Virus record (IMG/VR): IMGVR_UViG_3300034061_002899
DNA: 64,000 bases
Reading direction: 5' to 3' (one strand)
Source of the DNA: a virus
In this document: positions 44,750-58,500 of the stretch, one piece after another
Layout: the number at the start of each line of letters is the position of its first letter
Position numbering within the stretch: position 1 is the first letter of the stretch
The notes under the pieces: model-generated
Database searches by the model: none
The model's input: only the letters and a program-made list of their open reading frames with translations
What the model was told of the DNA's origin: nothing
Translations under genes and position numbers: made by a program

Positions 44750-45030
44750 GGGACAAACACATCTCCGCTACCCTGAGTAATACTATGACCACATGAATTA
44801 GTTGAGCCTATTCTTAGTACTGGACTACCCTCAGCAAATACAGTAGGACTAGCCGACGTAGTAGTTGCGGCTTTATGCGGAGGGTGAGCTTTTCTAGACC
44901 AGGGAGCGTGAGGGGAAATTACACTTACATGTAACCCCACAGGTATACCGTTACAGAACACAGTGCCAGCTCCTCGCATAATTGCACCACCTTCTGAATT
45001 AGTATCCCCTTTTCTACTCAACCCTGCCAT
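44746..45030 (-). CDS. PAAR-domain spike tip protein (T4 gp5.4-like)
   Basis: R.GD...G...TVF.NG.P...H...S.TVFAEG...R.G...CGH...GS.DVF. Confidence 0.9.
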   Translation of the reverse strand: MAGLSRKGDTNSEGGAIMRGAGTVFCNGIPVGLHVSVISPHAPWSRKAHPPHKAATTTSASPTVFAEGSPVLRIGSTNSCGHSITQGSGDVFVP

Positions 45031-45033
45031 ATT

Positions 45034-45339
45034 TTATCCTAGAATTAATTTCTTCTCTGGTACTTGAATACCTGTAGTTGCCTCAATATACTTGACTTTG
45101 ATACCATCATCAGTTTGTGCAACCATTGCAATACTATTAGTATTTAGTTTAAATTCTTCCTTCGGATTTGCGGTAAAAACGCTAGGAATCATTTGTAGAC
45201 CTTGTTGTCCGGGTGCAATAGAAACTGGCTCTGCTATGACAATAAAGTCTGCCCCTGCTAAAATAACTTTAGCGATGAGTTCTTCACCTGAGTTTAATTT
45301 GAATGTGTATACTTCGTTTGATTTTAGTGCTATTTGCAT
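45034..45339 (-). CDS. Sm-like hypothetical protein
   Basis: KLNSGEELIAK...P......Y..ATTGI motif. Confidence 0.7.
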   Translation of the reverse strand: MQIALKSNEVYTFKLNSGEELIAKVILAGADFIVIAEPVSIAPGQQGLQMIPSVFTANPKEEFKLNTNSIAMVAQTDDGIKVKYIEATTGIQVPEKKLILG

Positions 45340-45569
45340 TAGATACTTTCTGTTAGTTTTTGTTTAAGTTCGGTGAAACCACCAATTAATACCCCGTCTA
45401 ATATAATTTGAGGTACTGTACGTGCTGTTGGGATTGCTTCTAGCAATTCTTCTTTGGTATAACCATCTCCGATCTTACGTTCTTCAAATTGTATACCTTT
45501 ACTTGTTAATAATGCCTTTGCCTGATCACAGTAAGGGCAGTGATATTTACTCCATACGATTGCTTTCAT
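45339..45569 (-). CDS. Glutaredoxin
   Basis: CPYC, RTVPQI, IGGF; AGGAG SD before ATG 45569. Confidence 0.92.
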   Translation of the reverse strand: MKAIVWSKYHCPYCDQAKALLTSKGIQFEERKIGDGYTKEELLEAIPTARTVPQIILDGVLIGGFTELKQKLTESI

Positions 45570-45582
45570 TATTATTCTCCTT

Positions 45583-46683
45583 TTAAATAGTCGGTAGTTC
45601 ATCATAATTAATAATATCAGTCATAACACCGATAACATAATTAGTTGATTCATTTTCTTGTAGTGCAGTTTGCTTTTTGCTAGTATCGCTGTGTTTATTG
45701 AACCAAGGGATAGGAGTTGTCTTTGGTGCTGGACTAGTATATCTAATACCAATTTCTTTCAATGCGATATTTGCTGTATAATCTACAAAGTCTTTTAACA
45801 CCGTAGCGTTTAATCCAATGACTGGACCCATTTTAAACAAATAGTCTGCCCAGTCTTTTTCTTCACGTATAACATCCATATAAAGTTGATAGACTTCACT
45901 TTCACACTCTGACTTAACTTGTGCAAAACGACTATCTTCTTTAACTACTTGATTGATAAGGTAAGCAGTCCAGCCTTTATGTAATAATTCATCTTGGAGA
46001 ATTAAACTGATAATATTGCCATTACCAATAAAGATTTTGTTCTCAACCATTGCCAAACTTGTAGCAAATGATACCATAAAGCGGAATGCTTCTAATGCAT
46101 AACTAGCATGTAATGCCATATAAATTGCTTTGATGTGTTCTTTTTCGTTCACATCTTGACCTAACTCTTTGCGACAGTTAACTTTGTGTAGTTCATCATA
46201 GTAACGACCAACACTAGATGCCATGTCTACAATCTCTTTTGTATCATGTATAGTATTGAATACATCTTTAGGTACATTATAGATGTTACGAATGATGTGA
46301 CTATAACTGCGACTGTGAATGTTAGTTTCAAAGAATGACCAGTTATAAATCAATGCTTCTAGTTCAGGCAATGACACTACAGGCGTGAACACTTGACTAG
46401 GTGCTCTACCTTGTAAACTATCTAATGCTGTTTGACGTAATAAGTTACTAGTAAAGATATGTCTTACTGCATCACTGGCTTCTTTGAAGTCATTAGCATC
46501 TTTGGTAAGACTAACTTCTTCTGGCACCCAGAAGAAACCACGTGCCGTTGTTTCAAAGTCTGCAATCTTTTTATATTTTACTTCTTCAAATCGTTGAATG
46601 GTTACGGGACCTTCCGGGTCCAAAAACATTTTTCTATTCAAATAATCTGTCTTAGTGTTTAAGTTATATTGTTGTTTTGACAT
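45583..46683 (-). CDS. nrdB: Ribonucleotide reductase class Ia beta subunit
   Basis: FW.PEE, DS.Q.R, E.IHSRSY, EA.RF..SF, DE.LH, QE.E...Y. Confidence 0.97.
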   Translation of the reverse strand: MSKQQYNLNTKTDYLNRKMFLDPEGPVTIQRFEEVKYKKIADFETTARGFFWVPEEVSLTKDANDFKEASDAVRHIFTSNLLRQTALDSLQGRAPSQVFTPVVSLPELEALIYNWSFFETNIHSRSYSHIIRNIYNVPKDVFNTIHDTKEIVDMASSVGRYYDELHKVNCRKELGQDVNEKEHIKAIYMALHASYALEAFRFMVSFATSLAMVENKIFIGNGNIISLILQDELLHKGWTAYLINQVVKEDSRFAQVKSECESEVYQLYMDVIREEKDWADYLFKMGPVIGLNATVLKDFVDYTANIALKEIGIRYTSPAPKTTPIPWFNKHSDTSKKQTALQENESTNYVIGVMTDIINYDELPTI

Positions 46684-46691
46684 TGTTTTCC

Positions 46692-49013
46692 TTACAGCTT
46701 ACATGACTCACATGATTCTTCGTCATCCATATCATTAAAGCCACTTGGCAAATCTAATACAGTTTCATCTTGGCTCTTGCTACCTGCTTTATTAATCAAG
46801 CTATAGTAGAAAGTCTTTAAGCCCCAATAGTGACTTTGCATCAAGTTTTTAGCAATCAATGTTGTTGGGACTTTTCTCTCAGGGAAATGAGCAGGGTTAT
46901 AGAATGTATTAGTTGAGATACTTTGGTCAACATAAGCCGCAATAACTGCCGCTGTCTTTAAGTAACCATCACAATCTTTTTGTTCCCACATCATTTGATA
47001 TTTGTTTTTCAACTTATGATATTCAGGAACAACTTGTACAAACGATCCTGCTTTGCTTTCTTTAACTGAGATTAAACTCATTGGCATTTCGATACCATTC
47101 GTAGAGTTAATAACTACACTGCTTGATTCTACAGGAGCTACAGCCATTTGTGTAGCGTTACGGACACCATAACTACGCATCATAGCACGTAGACCTTCCC
47201 AGTTTAGTTCTGGTTCAAAGTTAGCTAATTCATTAACACCTTTAGCACGTAGTTCCCAGGGGAATATACCTTGTCCATAACGTGTTTTATCACTATGGGC
47301 ACAACGACCACGTTCTTGTGCTAGTTCTACACTTGCTTCAGTTAGATAGAATGCTAAGTGTTCCATCCAAGATTTTACTTCTTGTAGGGCATCCTTCTCT
47401 CCATACTTAAGACTACGTTTTGCATGCCAGTATGCTAAGTTAGTTACACCAATACCCAATGGACGAATCTCGTCATTACTTAGTTTAGATTGTATGCTTA
47501 GAAAGTCTTGATAGTCCAATATATTATTGAGGCTACGGTGTAGAATGCGACAAGCGCGGCGCATATCTTCAGGATTGCGGAATGCACCCCAGTTAATAGA
47601 TCCGAGCGTACATAAAGCAATACGACCGTCAGGATCATCAAGACGTTTAAAAGATTTAGTAGGAAGAAGAATTTCACAGCATAAGTTACTCTGGTAAATT
47701 GTATGGTACTCGGGGTCAAACGGACCTTGATTCATAACATTGTCTACGAATACCAAATAGATACGACCTGTATCTGTTCTCTCTTTAAGAATACCACCTT
47801 TGAATACATCTTCTGCATTCATTGTTTTCTTGCGTAAGTCTTTACGCTTTTCATATTTCACATATAGTTCTTCAAACAACTCTGTATTTGAATAGAATGC
47901 TTCATATAAATCAGGAACTTCATTAGGATCAAAGAAGGTTATGTTTTCTTTGTTTTTAAATCGTCTCCAGAAGAAAGCACTAAGCACAACCCCATAATCC
48001 ATATGACGGACTCGGGTTTCTTCGGTTCCTTGGTTGTTCTTAAGTACAATAAGATCATCAAACTGATGATGCCAAATAGGGTAAAAAACAGTAGCACTTG
48101 CATTACGAATACCTCCTTGACTGCACGAACGTAGGTCACCAAACCATTTCTTTAAGAAAGGTATCATGCCTGTATGCATAATCTCACCACCGCGAATCGG
48201 TGAGCCCAAAGGACGTAATCGTCCAATCTCTAAGCCTATGCCAGCACGTTTGCTAGCATATTTAGCCATCATTTCTCCACTAGCAAAAATACTGTCTAAA
48301 TCATCATCTGAGCGAATGAGAACACAACTGCTAAACTGCTTAGTAGGAGTGCCAAGCCCAGCGAGGACAGGAGTAGCAAGAGTAAAAAGACCATCACTGG
48401 CAGCGTTGTAATACTCTTTGATATAGCGCATTCTAGCATTGTTAGGTTCTTCTTTATGAAAGACTGTAGCGGCTGCAACCATGTATCTAATTTGCGGAGT
48501 TTCATATATTTCCTTTGTGCTTCTATTCTTTACTAAGTATTTTTCAATCAATTGCTCAATGGCGGCATAACTATATTGCTCATCTTTAGAATGGTCAAGC
48601 ATATCATTCATCTTGTTCCAGTCTTCCATTGTATACCATTCTAGTAGTTCACTGGTATATAATCCTGTAGCTACATTCTTTTTAACAATCTCGTAGAGAT
48701 GCGGAACTTCGTATGATCCATATACATCTTTACGTAACATAGATACACGTTGTTTACCCGCTACAAATTGATAGTTAGTGTGACCAACATCAGGATTATT
48801 TTCTACGTCAATTAAATCAACAATTGCTCGTAATGTTATTCCATCTATCTCTGTAGTTGAGATTCCATCATAGAAGTGTAGTTGACTTTTAATTTCAATC
48901 ATTGAGGGACTTACATCTGCTATCCCTTTACATACTGTTGATACTTGTGCTTGCCATTTTGCCAAATCTAGTGGTTCTTTTTTACCACTACGTTTAGTGA
49001 CGTTTATAATCAT
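46692..49013 (-). CDS. nrdA: Ribonucleotide reductase class Ia alpha subunit
   Basis: ATP cone, QFSSC, SNLCCEI, LKTFYY, C-terminal CESC. Confidence 0.97.
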   Translation of the reverse strand: MIINVTKRSGKKEPLDLAKWQAQVSTVCKGIADVSPSMIEIKSQLHFYDGISTTEIDGITLRAIVDLIDVENNPDVGHTNYQFVAGKQRVSMLRKDVYGSYEVPHLYEIVKKNVATGLYTSELLEWYTMEDWNKMNDMLDHSKDEQYSYAAIEQLIEKYLVKNRSTKEIYETPQIRYMVAAATVFHKEEPNNARMRYIKEYYNAASDGLFTLATPVLAGLGTPTKQFSSCVLIRSDDDLDSIFASGEMMAKYASKRAGIGLEIGRLRPLGSPIRGGEIMHTGMIPFLKKWFGDLRSCSQGGIRNASATVFYPIWHHQFDDLIVLKNNQGTEETRVRHMDYGVVLSAFFWRRFKNKENITFFDPNEVPDLYEAFYSNTELFEELYVKYEKRKDLRKKTMNAEDVFKGGILKERTDTGRIYLVFVDNVMNQGPFDPEYHTIYQSNLCCEILLPTKSFKRLDDPDGRIALCTLGSINWGAFRNPEDMRRACRILHRSLNNILDYQDFLSIQSKLSNDEIRPLGIGVTNLAYWHAKRSLKYGEKDALQEVKSWMEHLAFYLTEASVELAQERGRCAHSDKTRYGQGIFPWELRAKGVNELANFEPELNWEGLRAMMRSYGVRNATQMAVAPVESSSVVINSTNGIEMPMSLISVKESKAGSFVQVVPEYHKLKNKYQMMWEQKDCDGYLKTAAVIAAYVDQSISTNTFYNPAHFPERKVPTTLIAKNLMQSHYWGLKTFYYSLINKAGSKSQDETVLDLPSGFNDMDDEESCESCKL

Positions 49014-49023
49014 ATTTTACCTA

Positions 49024-49461
49024 TTATATTTTTGTTGTTATGTTTTTTAAACTTAAACTATCTGTTATCTTAAAATTCTTTAGATTGATATTTACTACCA
49101 TATTAGGCCAGTAATTCAATACATATTTTGCGCGGTCAACCATGACTAATGCCACGTCTTCATTATTATCGTCTTTTCCTAAACAAAAGTCAATATCTTT
49201 TATACCCGTTAACATAAGTGTATATATCATTCCCAAACCTCGTGCAAGATGACAGTATTCGTTGTCATATAATAGTTCCCAGGGCGTTGGCCATGTATCT
49301 ATTTCATGTGGGTGAAGATAATGGTTAACCAATGGTGCGGATTGCCACCACTTGTCTATTTCTAAACATTTGGTTTTGGTATCCGCGTTTTGGAGAGTTT
49401 GTCTTAGATCATACCAGCTTCTTAGTCTGGAATCATAGTTTAATTGAAATACATTAATCAC
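49024..49461 (-). CDS. Hypothetical phage protein
   Basis: 145 aa, GTG start, WPTPWELL..N.YC motif. Confidence 0.75.
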   Translation of the reverse strand: MINVFQLNYDSRLRSWYDLRQTLQNADTKTKCLEIDKWWQSAPLVNHYLHPHEIDTWPTPWELLYDNEYCHLARGLGMIYTLMLTGIKDIDFCLGKDDNNEDVALVMVDRAKYVLNYWPNMVVNINLKNFKITDSLSLKNITTKI

Positions 49462-49501
49462 ACTGTACTTATCATTACAAAAAGTACAGTGTGAAATTGT
49501 A

Positions 49502-52500
49502 TTAGAATCGTCCTACAGCTACTTCAACTATGCCAGAAGCACCAGTGAAGTTTTCTAGTGACTTACCAATAATAGTACCTGCACGTGCTATGTTATTAGC
49601 GGTAGCATATCCATTACCTGTTGATACTAATAGATCACCTTTAAAGATTGGGCCAATTACTTTAGCTGGCACACGACCTTGTAGAGCAATAGTAGCAACG
49701 TGTTCACCTTCACAACCATTATTCATAGTATATGCTGGGTTAGTTGTTACAACACCAGCTACTCTGAATGAATCTGTTTCTGTTGATAATGTAACTTCAT
49801 GTTCGCCACCAAATACTAAAACTGTTCCTGGCTCATAATCAGCATCAGCAGTATATTTTTCTGCCAAGTCAGCGTATGTTGCATTCAATCTAGAACCTGC
49901 ACTCAATGTCCAGTTACCAGTAACCGTACCTGCTGTAGTATTTGCACCAGTTGTTAGAGTCGTACCAAAGTGAGTTGCTGTACCTGTACCAATTTGAACT
50001 GCGCCGGTCAGTGTACCAGATAATGTTAAGCCAGTCAATGTACCAACTGATGTGATATTTGGCTGTGCCGCTGTTGTTACAGTACCTGCTGTAGTTGCAC
50101 TTGCTACTGTTCCAGTTACGCTAACTGTGACTCCTCCGGTTGCGCCACTGACTGCAATGTTAGTACCTGCTACAATACTGGTTACGCCTGTATTAGTAAT
50201 AGTTACAGCAGAACTGCCGTTATAACTTGTGCCACCAAGACCTGTACCGATTGTAAGTGCATTAGTTGCTGTTGCAGTAATAGTACCAGATCCACCAAGT
50301 GAAATTGCCGTACCGTTAACAGTTAATGAACTATTAGCAAGTCTTGCTTGTGCTAATGTACCAGAACTGATATTACTTGCGTTCAATGCAGTTAAAGAAG
50401 AACCGTTACCAGTGAACACACCTGTATTTGCAGTAAATGCTGAGGCTGTTACAGTGCCGTTAACACCCAAACCAGTTAGTGTACCAACACTTGTAATGTT
50501 AGGTTGAGCCGCTGTAGTAACAGTACCTGCTGTAGTTGCACTAGTAGCCGCACCTGATAGAGCACCAGTAAATGTTGTAGCAGATACGTTACCTGCGCTG
50601 ATGTTTCCAGTTACTGCTAAACTTGTTAGTGTACCTACTGAAGTAATATTAGGTTGTGCCGCAGTAGTTACGGTGCCCGCTGTAGTTGCACTAGTAGCCG
50701 CACCACTTAGTGCGCCTGTAAACGTAGTTGCACTTACATTACCAGCAGATATATTACCTGTAACAGCAAGTGATGTTAATGTACCTACTGATGTAATATT
50801 AGGTTGTGCCGCTGTAGTAACAGTACCAGCAGTAGTTGCCGCACCACTCAATGCACCAGTAAATGTTGTTGCACTTACATTACCTGCACTAATATTGCCT
50901 GTTACTGCCAGTGATCCTAGTGTACCAACGCTTGTCAAACTAGAAGTAACAACTGTTGATTTTAATGTTGTGCCTGACAAGTTTGCGGCATTTGCAGTGA
51001 TTGCAACGTTAGCGGCAGCAGTTAGTTGGCCTTGACCGTTAACAGTAAATGATGCTACTGCATCTCCGTTACCATAACTACCTGCTGACACAGCAGTATT
51101 AGTAATACTAAACGCACCACCTGTTAATGTTAATCCTGTACCAGCAGTGTATTCGCCGGCGCCGCTGAACTGTACCCATTCAATTGGATCTGTACCGATT
51201 GTAGTGACCTCGTCAGTTTGAACCCAACCAGTTGAGTTGTATAATGTGCCGGCAGTAACGAAAGTGAAGTCACCGCCTTGAATCTCAGCACCGGTATCAA
51301 AGTCAGTAGCACGGGTTAATACTGTTGAACTTGTGCGAACATATATACCATTATTTGCGGCAGTCGCTTCATTCTTAACAAGAATACGCATACCATTTGT
51401 TAATGTTACACCGTCAATAGTTGTATATGAACCTGTTGTTGTCAATGTTGCGCCTACACCTGCTGTACCATTATTATATGTAACAGTACCACCTGAGATA
51501 CTTGCTAATGTGGTTTGAGTGGCTGCGTTACAACTTGCATGTACGTGTAGACCTTGTGCAATATCATCAACATATTGTTTTGTTGCGGCATCAGTTGATG
51601 CAATTGGAGTACCAACATTAGAAATAATAAAGTTACCAACATTAACTTTACCAGTTCCTGTAGGAGTTAAATTGATGTTTTGATTTGTACCAGTTGCAGT
51701 AATTGATACACCTGTTGTTCTGCCAACAATCAAATCAGTTACTAAGTTAGCATTAGTTACAATATTACCGGTTGCACTTACTAAACCACCGGTAGTCAAG
51801 TTACCGCCAGTGATATTACCTGTAGCAGTAATCAATCCACCTGTACCCAAATTACCTACGTTAGCATTACCTGAAACACTAACACTTGTTAGTGTACCAA
51901 CTGAAGTAATGTTAGGTTGTGCGGCTGTTGTTAAACTACCTGCAACTGTTGTAAATATACCTGCGGCTGCTCCGATGTTTCCTACGTTAGCATTACCTGA
52001 AACACTAACACTTGTTAGTGTACCAACTGATGTAATATTTGGCTGAGCCGCAGTAGTAACAGTACCTGCTGTAGTTGCCGCACCACTCAATGCACCAGTA
52101 AATGTTGTAGCAGATACGTTACCAAATGTACCATTACCTGTAGCACTTACAATACCTGCTGTAATGACATTACCGGCATTCAAATTACCGGTAGCAGTAA
52201 TTAAACCAGCTGTGCCTAAATTACCTACATTAGCATTACCACTAGAACTTAGTGTAGTTGCAAATACTCCAGTTGCACCAATGTTACCTACATTAGCATT
52301 ACCTGTAGCAGATATAACACCACCGGTTATTAAATTACCACCAGTGATATTACCTGTAGCGGCAATCAATCCACCTGTACCAATATTGCCGATGTTTGCA
52401 TTACCTGACACTGATACACTAGTTAAAGTTCCAACCGATGTAATATTAGGTTGTGCGTTGGTTGTCAATGTACCTGTTAATAATGTCCCAATTACATTAC

Positions 52501-55500
52501 CACCGGTAATGTTACCTGTAGCAGTGATTAAACCAGATGTGCCTAAGTTACCAACATTAGCATTGCCACCTACTGATAAACTTCCGGTTGTTATTAAATT
52601 AGCACCAGCTACATTACCTGACATGCTAATAGCACTACCATTAGAAGTCATTCTGGCATTGCCTAAATAGATTGTGCTATTAGATAAGTATATGTCTTTC
52701 CAGCGTTGTGTATTAGAACCTAAATCGTATGTAACATCTACATTAGGTAACAAAGCACTGGTTACATTGCCTGATACATTTAAGTTAACTACATTAGCAG
52801 TACCAGTACTTATGTTGCCAAATGTGCCATTACCAGTAGCACTTACAATGCCACCTGTTACTAAATTACCAGCAGTAACATTACCAGTAGCAGTTACTAA
52901 ACCACCTGTAGTTAAGTTACCACCAGTTACATTACCTGTAGCAGTTACTAAACCGCCGGTTACTAAGTTACCACCACCAATATTACCTGTAGCAGTTATT
53001 AAACCACCTGTACCAATGTTACCAATGTTAGCATTACCAACAACGCTTAATGCATTACCAATTTGTACTACATTAGAAGTTTTATTAAATGTGAAGGCTG
53101 CACTACCACCAAAGGCGTCAGCATCATTAAATTGAATTTGTGCGTTTGAACCACCTGCTTGTTGGAAGTCAACTGGGCTACCATTAGCATAATAATAATT
53201 ATTTGTTTTAATACCACCAACTGCGGCATTACCGGTTACGTTTAAGTAACCCTGTGTATATATACCTTCTGCGCCATCTGTAGTTTCAATACCAAAGATG
53301 TTTGCTTTGCCAGTTGAATTAAATGTTAGTGCCGCATTTGAGTTATCTACTAAATCCCAAATTGTTGCAGTTTCAATAGAACCAATGTTACCTGCTTGCA
53401 CATAGAAAGCATAGCTACCTATACCAGAACCAGATGCGTTACCTAAAACACCAATGTTGTAACCACCTGAGTGTGTTTGAGTAGAGTAACCACGTACACC
53501 AACTGCGGCGCCGGTATCGGCTGAGTTTGTTACATAACCGCCACCTTGAACACCAGTTGCTTTAGTAGCACCATTTGCACGTGCTTCACCCAATACACCA
53601 ATACCCCATGTGTTTGCATTACCAGAATCTGCAACAGCTTCACCAACAACACCAATATTTTCTGAGTGTGTTTGACCACTATTATCTTGTGATATGATTG
53701 CTTTAGCATTTGGGAAATCAACTTGTGCCGCGGTTGCACCAACTAACAAACCAGTCAATGTACCAACACTTGTAATATTAGATTGAGCCGCAGTTGTAAC
53801 CGTACCTGCTGTTGTTGCGCTAGTTGCGGCGCCGCTTAGTGCACCAACAAATGTAGTCGCTGTAATAGAGTTATTTGATAGGTTAGCAACTAAACCAGTA
53901 CTTGTTAGTTCTGATACATTACCTGTTGCCGCATTTGCAAAAATAAGGAAGTTATTTCCTGTACCGGCTGCCACACTAATAAAGTCTGCCACGTTAGCAT
54001 AATCAACGTTTAAGTTTGCGACACGTGTAGTAGAAGTTACAGTCAATGGTGCTGTACCTGTTGCAATATTTGATATAAAACGAGTTGCTGTTTCTGTTCC
54101 AGATGTGTTGATATTACCAAATGTACCGTTACCAGTTACTGCTAAAGAACTTAATGTACCAACACTAGTGATGTTTGGTTGTGCCGCAGTTGTTACTGTA
54201 CCCGCTGTCGTAGCACTAGTTGCCGCCCCGGTTAATGCACCGACAAACGTAGTAGATGTAACACTAGATAAGCCCGCCACAGTAGTAGTTGTACCACCCA
54301 ATGTTAAAGTAGTGTTACCTAATGTTAACGTACTGTTTGCAAGTCTTGCTTGTGCTAGTGTACCACTTGCAATACTAGATGCGTTTATTCCAGTTATTGA
54401 TGACCCGTTACCTGAGAAAGAGTTAGCACTTACTAAGTTAACTCCAGAAATCTGTGATCCAGCGCCTGACATTGTAATTTGTGCATTTGCTACAAAAGTC
54501 AATCCACTAAATGAAGTACTTACTGAAGTGATATTAGGCTGAGCCGCAGTTGTTACAGTACCCGCTGTAGTTGCACTACTTACTGTACCAGTTACGTTAG
54601 CACCTGCAATAGCACTCAATCCACTACCATTACCCGTAAACACACCTGTATTAGCAGTGAATGCGGGGGCGGTTATAGTACCACTTGAGTTTAAACCAGT
54701 TAGCGTACCGACAGCGGTAACCTGTGTCTGACTTGCATTTACACTGAAAGTAGAACCAGTTAATGTTAAACCAGTGCCTGCTTGATAGGTTCCTGCACCT
54801 GAGAACTGCTCCCAAACTATTGGATCTGTGCCAACTGTAGTAACATCGTCAATTTGTACCCAACCAGTTGAATTATATAGAGTACCAGCCGTGACAAAAG
54901 TGAAGTCACCGCCTGCAATTTCGGCAGCAGTATCAAAGTCAGTAGCACGAGTCAACACAGTTGAGCTTGTTCTTACATAGATACCGTTATTTGCTTGAGT
55001 TGCTTCGTTCTTAACAAGAATACGCATTCCGTTTGATAGTGTGACACCATCAATAGTGGTATATGAACCAGTAGTTGTTAGTGTTGCACCTACACCAGCT
55101 GTACCATTGTTATAGGTAACTGTACCGCCTGAGATAGTTGCTAATGTAGTTTGAGTGGCTGCGTTACAAGAAGCGTGAATATGCAATCCCTGTGCAACAT
55201 CGTCAACATATTGTTTTGTTGCGGCATCAGATGAGTTAGTTGGAGTAGCAAGATTGATAATGGTATTGCTAGTCATATCCAAATTGCCAGCAATACTGCT
55301 TACACCAGTACCAGTAACACTTAGTACACCAGTTGTTGTCAAGTTGCCGGCTGCAACGTTACCAGTAACAGTAGCACTTGTTAGTGTTCCTACTGAAGTT
55401 ATGTTTGGTTGCGCGGCTGTTGTTACTGTGCCGGCTGTAGTTGCACTTGATACTGTGCCGGTAACATTAGCACCTGCAATCGCACTTAATCCACTACCAT

Positions 55501-58500
55501 TACCAGTGAACACACCTGTATTTGCAGTGATGTTTACGCCGGTTATAGTGCCATTAACGCCTAAACCAGTTAGCGTACCGACTGACGTAATATTTGGCTG
55601 TGCTGCCGTATAGACAGTACCTGCTACAAGTGCATTTGCTACTTGACCAGAAACATTAGCACCTGCTACTGCGTTTGCGGTTGATGCAAATGATACGGCA
55701 CCAGTTACATTAGCACCTGCGATGGCACTCAATCCTGAACCATTACCTGTAAATACACCTGTATTAGCTGTAAATGCCGAAGCAGTGACAGTACCACTTA
55801 CACCCAAACTAGTTAGAGTACCGACTGACGTAATATTTGGCTGAGCCGCAGTTGTAACAGTACCCGCAGTTGTCGCACTTGTTGCCGCTCCCGATAAAGC
55901 ACCGACGAATGTTGTTGCTGTGATAGAGGCATTGCCTAAGTTAGCACTGATTCCAGTGTTAATAACAGCACTTGAGTTTCCATTAGCACTTGATGTACTG
56001 AATGTTGGATAGACTGTAGTTGCAGTTGAGGTGTTCTGTAACAGTGCAGATGCATTGGTTGCCGCAGTAGCACTTGATACAGTACCGGTTACGTTAGCAC
56101 CTGCTATTGCACTCAATCCACTACCATTACCCGTAAACACACCTGTGTTTGCAGTAAATGCAGGAGCTGTTACAGTACCGCTTACATTTAGACTTGTCAA
56201 CGTACCAACAGACGTAATATTAGATTGAGCCGCAGTTGTAACCGTACCTGCAGTTGTAGCACTAGTTGCCGCACCACTTAGTGCACCAACAAATGTTGTA
56301 GCAGTAATAGAGTTATTTGATAGGTTAGCAACTAGACCAGTACTTGTTAGTTCTGCTACGTTACCTGTTGCCGCGTTTGCAAAAATTAAGAAATTGTTTC
56401 CTGTTCCGGCTACTACATTAATAGTATCAGCAACGTTAGCATACGCAACGTTTAAGTTTGAAACACGGGTAGTACTTGTTACTGTTAGTGGTGCGGTACC
56501 TGTTGCTATGTTTGAAGTTAACGTGCTTGCTACTACTGCTCCTGCTGTATTTAGATTACCGGCGGATGCATTGCCAGTTACCGCTAATGATGATAATGTG
56601 CCAACACTTGTTATGTTTGGTTGAGCATTAGTATAAACTGTACCTGCTACAAGAGCGTTGCCAACTTGACCTGACACGTTAGCACCTGCTACTGCATTAG
56701 CGGTTGTTGCAAATGCTACTGCACCAGTAACATTGGCGCCTGTGATTGAACTTAATGATGAACCGTTACCTGATACATTAGTGAATACACCATTCGTTGC
56801 ACCAATATTGCCAACGTTAGCGTTACCAGTAGCATTCAATGTACCAGCTACGTTAACGCCAGTACCAGTGACTATTGCAATATTTGCATTACCTGCACTA
56901 CTGATGTTGACGTTACCGTTTGCGGCAGGAATACTTACGTTTGAGTTACCGTTTGAAAGAGATGTGCCAATTGGGATATTAGTTAGTAAACTACCATCAC
57001 CAATGAAGAAATTAGCCCTTGCGGCATTACCTAAGTTAGCGTTACCCGAAGATAGATTACCAGTTACCGCTAATGAACTTAACGTACCAACTGATGTGAT
57101 ATTGGGTTGTGCATTAGTTGTTACTGTACCGGCTGTCGTTGCCGCACCACTTAATGCACCTGTGAATGTTGTTGCTGATACGTTACCGGCACTAATATTA
57201 CCAGTTACACCCAAACTAGTTAGTGTACCAACTGATGTGATGTTTGGTTGAGCCGCAGTTGTTACTGTACCGGCTGTCGTTGCCGCACCACTTAATGCAC
57301 CTGTGAATGTTGTTGCTGATACGTTACCGGCACTAATATTACCAGTTACCGCTAATGAACTTAACGTACCAACTGATGTGATGTTTGGTTGAGCCGCAGT
57401 TGTTACTGTACCGGCAGTTGTTGCACTTGTGGCTGCACCAGATAGGGCACCAACAAATGTTGTTGCGGTAATAGAGTTGTTAGATAAGTTGGCAGTGAGA
57501 CCTGTACTAGTTATTTCTGCTACATTACCTGTTGCCGCATTTGCAAAAATAAGGAAGTTATTTCCTGTGCCGGCTGCTACATTAATATTATCTGCAACGT
57601 TTGCATATGCAACATTCAAGTTACTAACACGTGTTGTACTTGTTACTGTTAACGGTGCAGTACCTGTTGCTACATTACTTGTTAATGTACTTCCTACTAC
57701 TGCTCCGGCAGTATTTAAGTTTCCTGCACTTGCATTACCTGTTACGGCCAATGATGTTAGTGTACCAACGCTTGTTAAACTAGAGTTAACGACTGTTGAT
57801 TTTAATGTTGTGCCAGATAAATTTGCGGCGTTAGCTGTAATTGCAACGTTAGCTGCCGCTGTAAGTTGACCTTGACCGTTAACTGTAAATGATCCTACGC
57901 TGTCTCCATTGCCATAACTACCTGCTGTCACAGCAGTATTAGTAATACTAAACTGTGATCCTGTTAATGTTAATCCTGTACCAGCAGTAAATGTTCCAGC
58001 CCCACTGAACTGTACCCAAACAACTGGACTTGTACCAACTGTTGTTACTGGGTCGGGCATTACCCAACCTGTGTTGTCATACAATGTACCTGCTGTAACA
58101 AAGGTAAAGTCGCCACCTGCCATTTCTGTTGGAGTGTCAAAATCAGTTGAACGAGTCAATACCGTTGAACTTGTTCTGTCATAGATACCATTATGTGCCG
58201 TATTTGCTTCGTTCTTAACAAGAATACGCATACCGTTTGACAATGTAACACCGTCAATAGTTGTGTATGATCCTGTTGTTGTTAGTGTAGCCCCTACTCC
58301 CGATGTACCGTTATTATATGTAATTGTACCACCTGATGCCACTGCTAGAGTAGTTGAAGTGGCTGCATTACAACTATCATGTGTATGTAGTCCTTGAGCA
58401 ACGTCATCAACGTATTGTTTCGTTGCCGCATCAGTGCTTGCTACCGGAGTAGCAACATTAGAAATTATAAAGTTACCAACGTTAACTTTACCAGTTCCTG

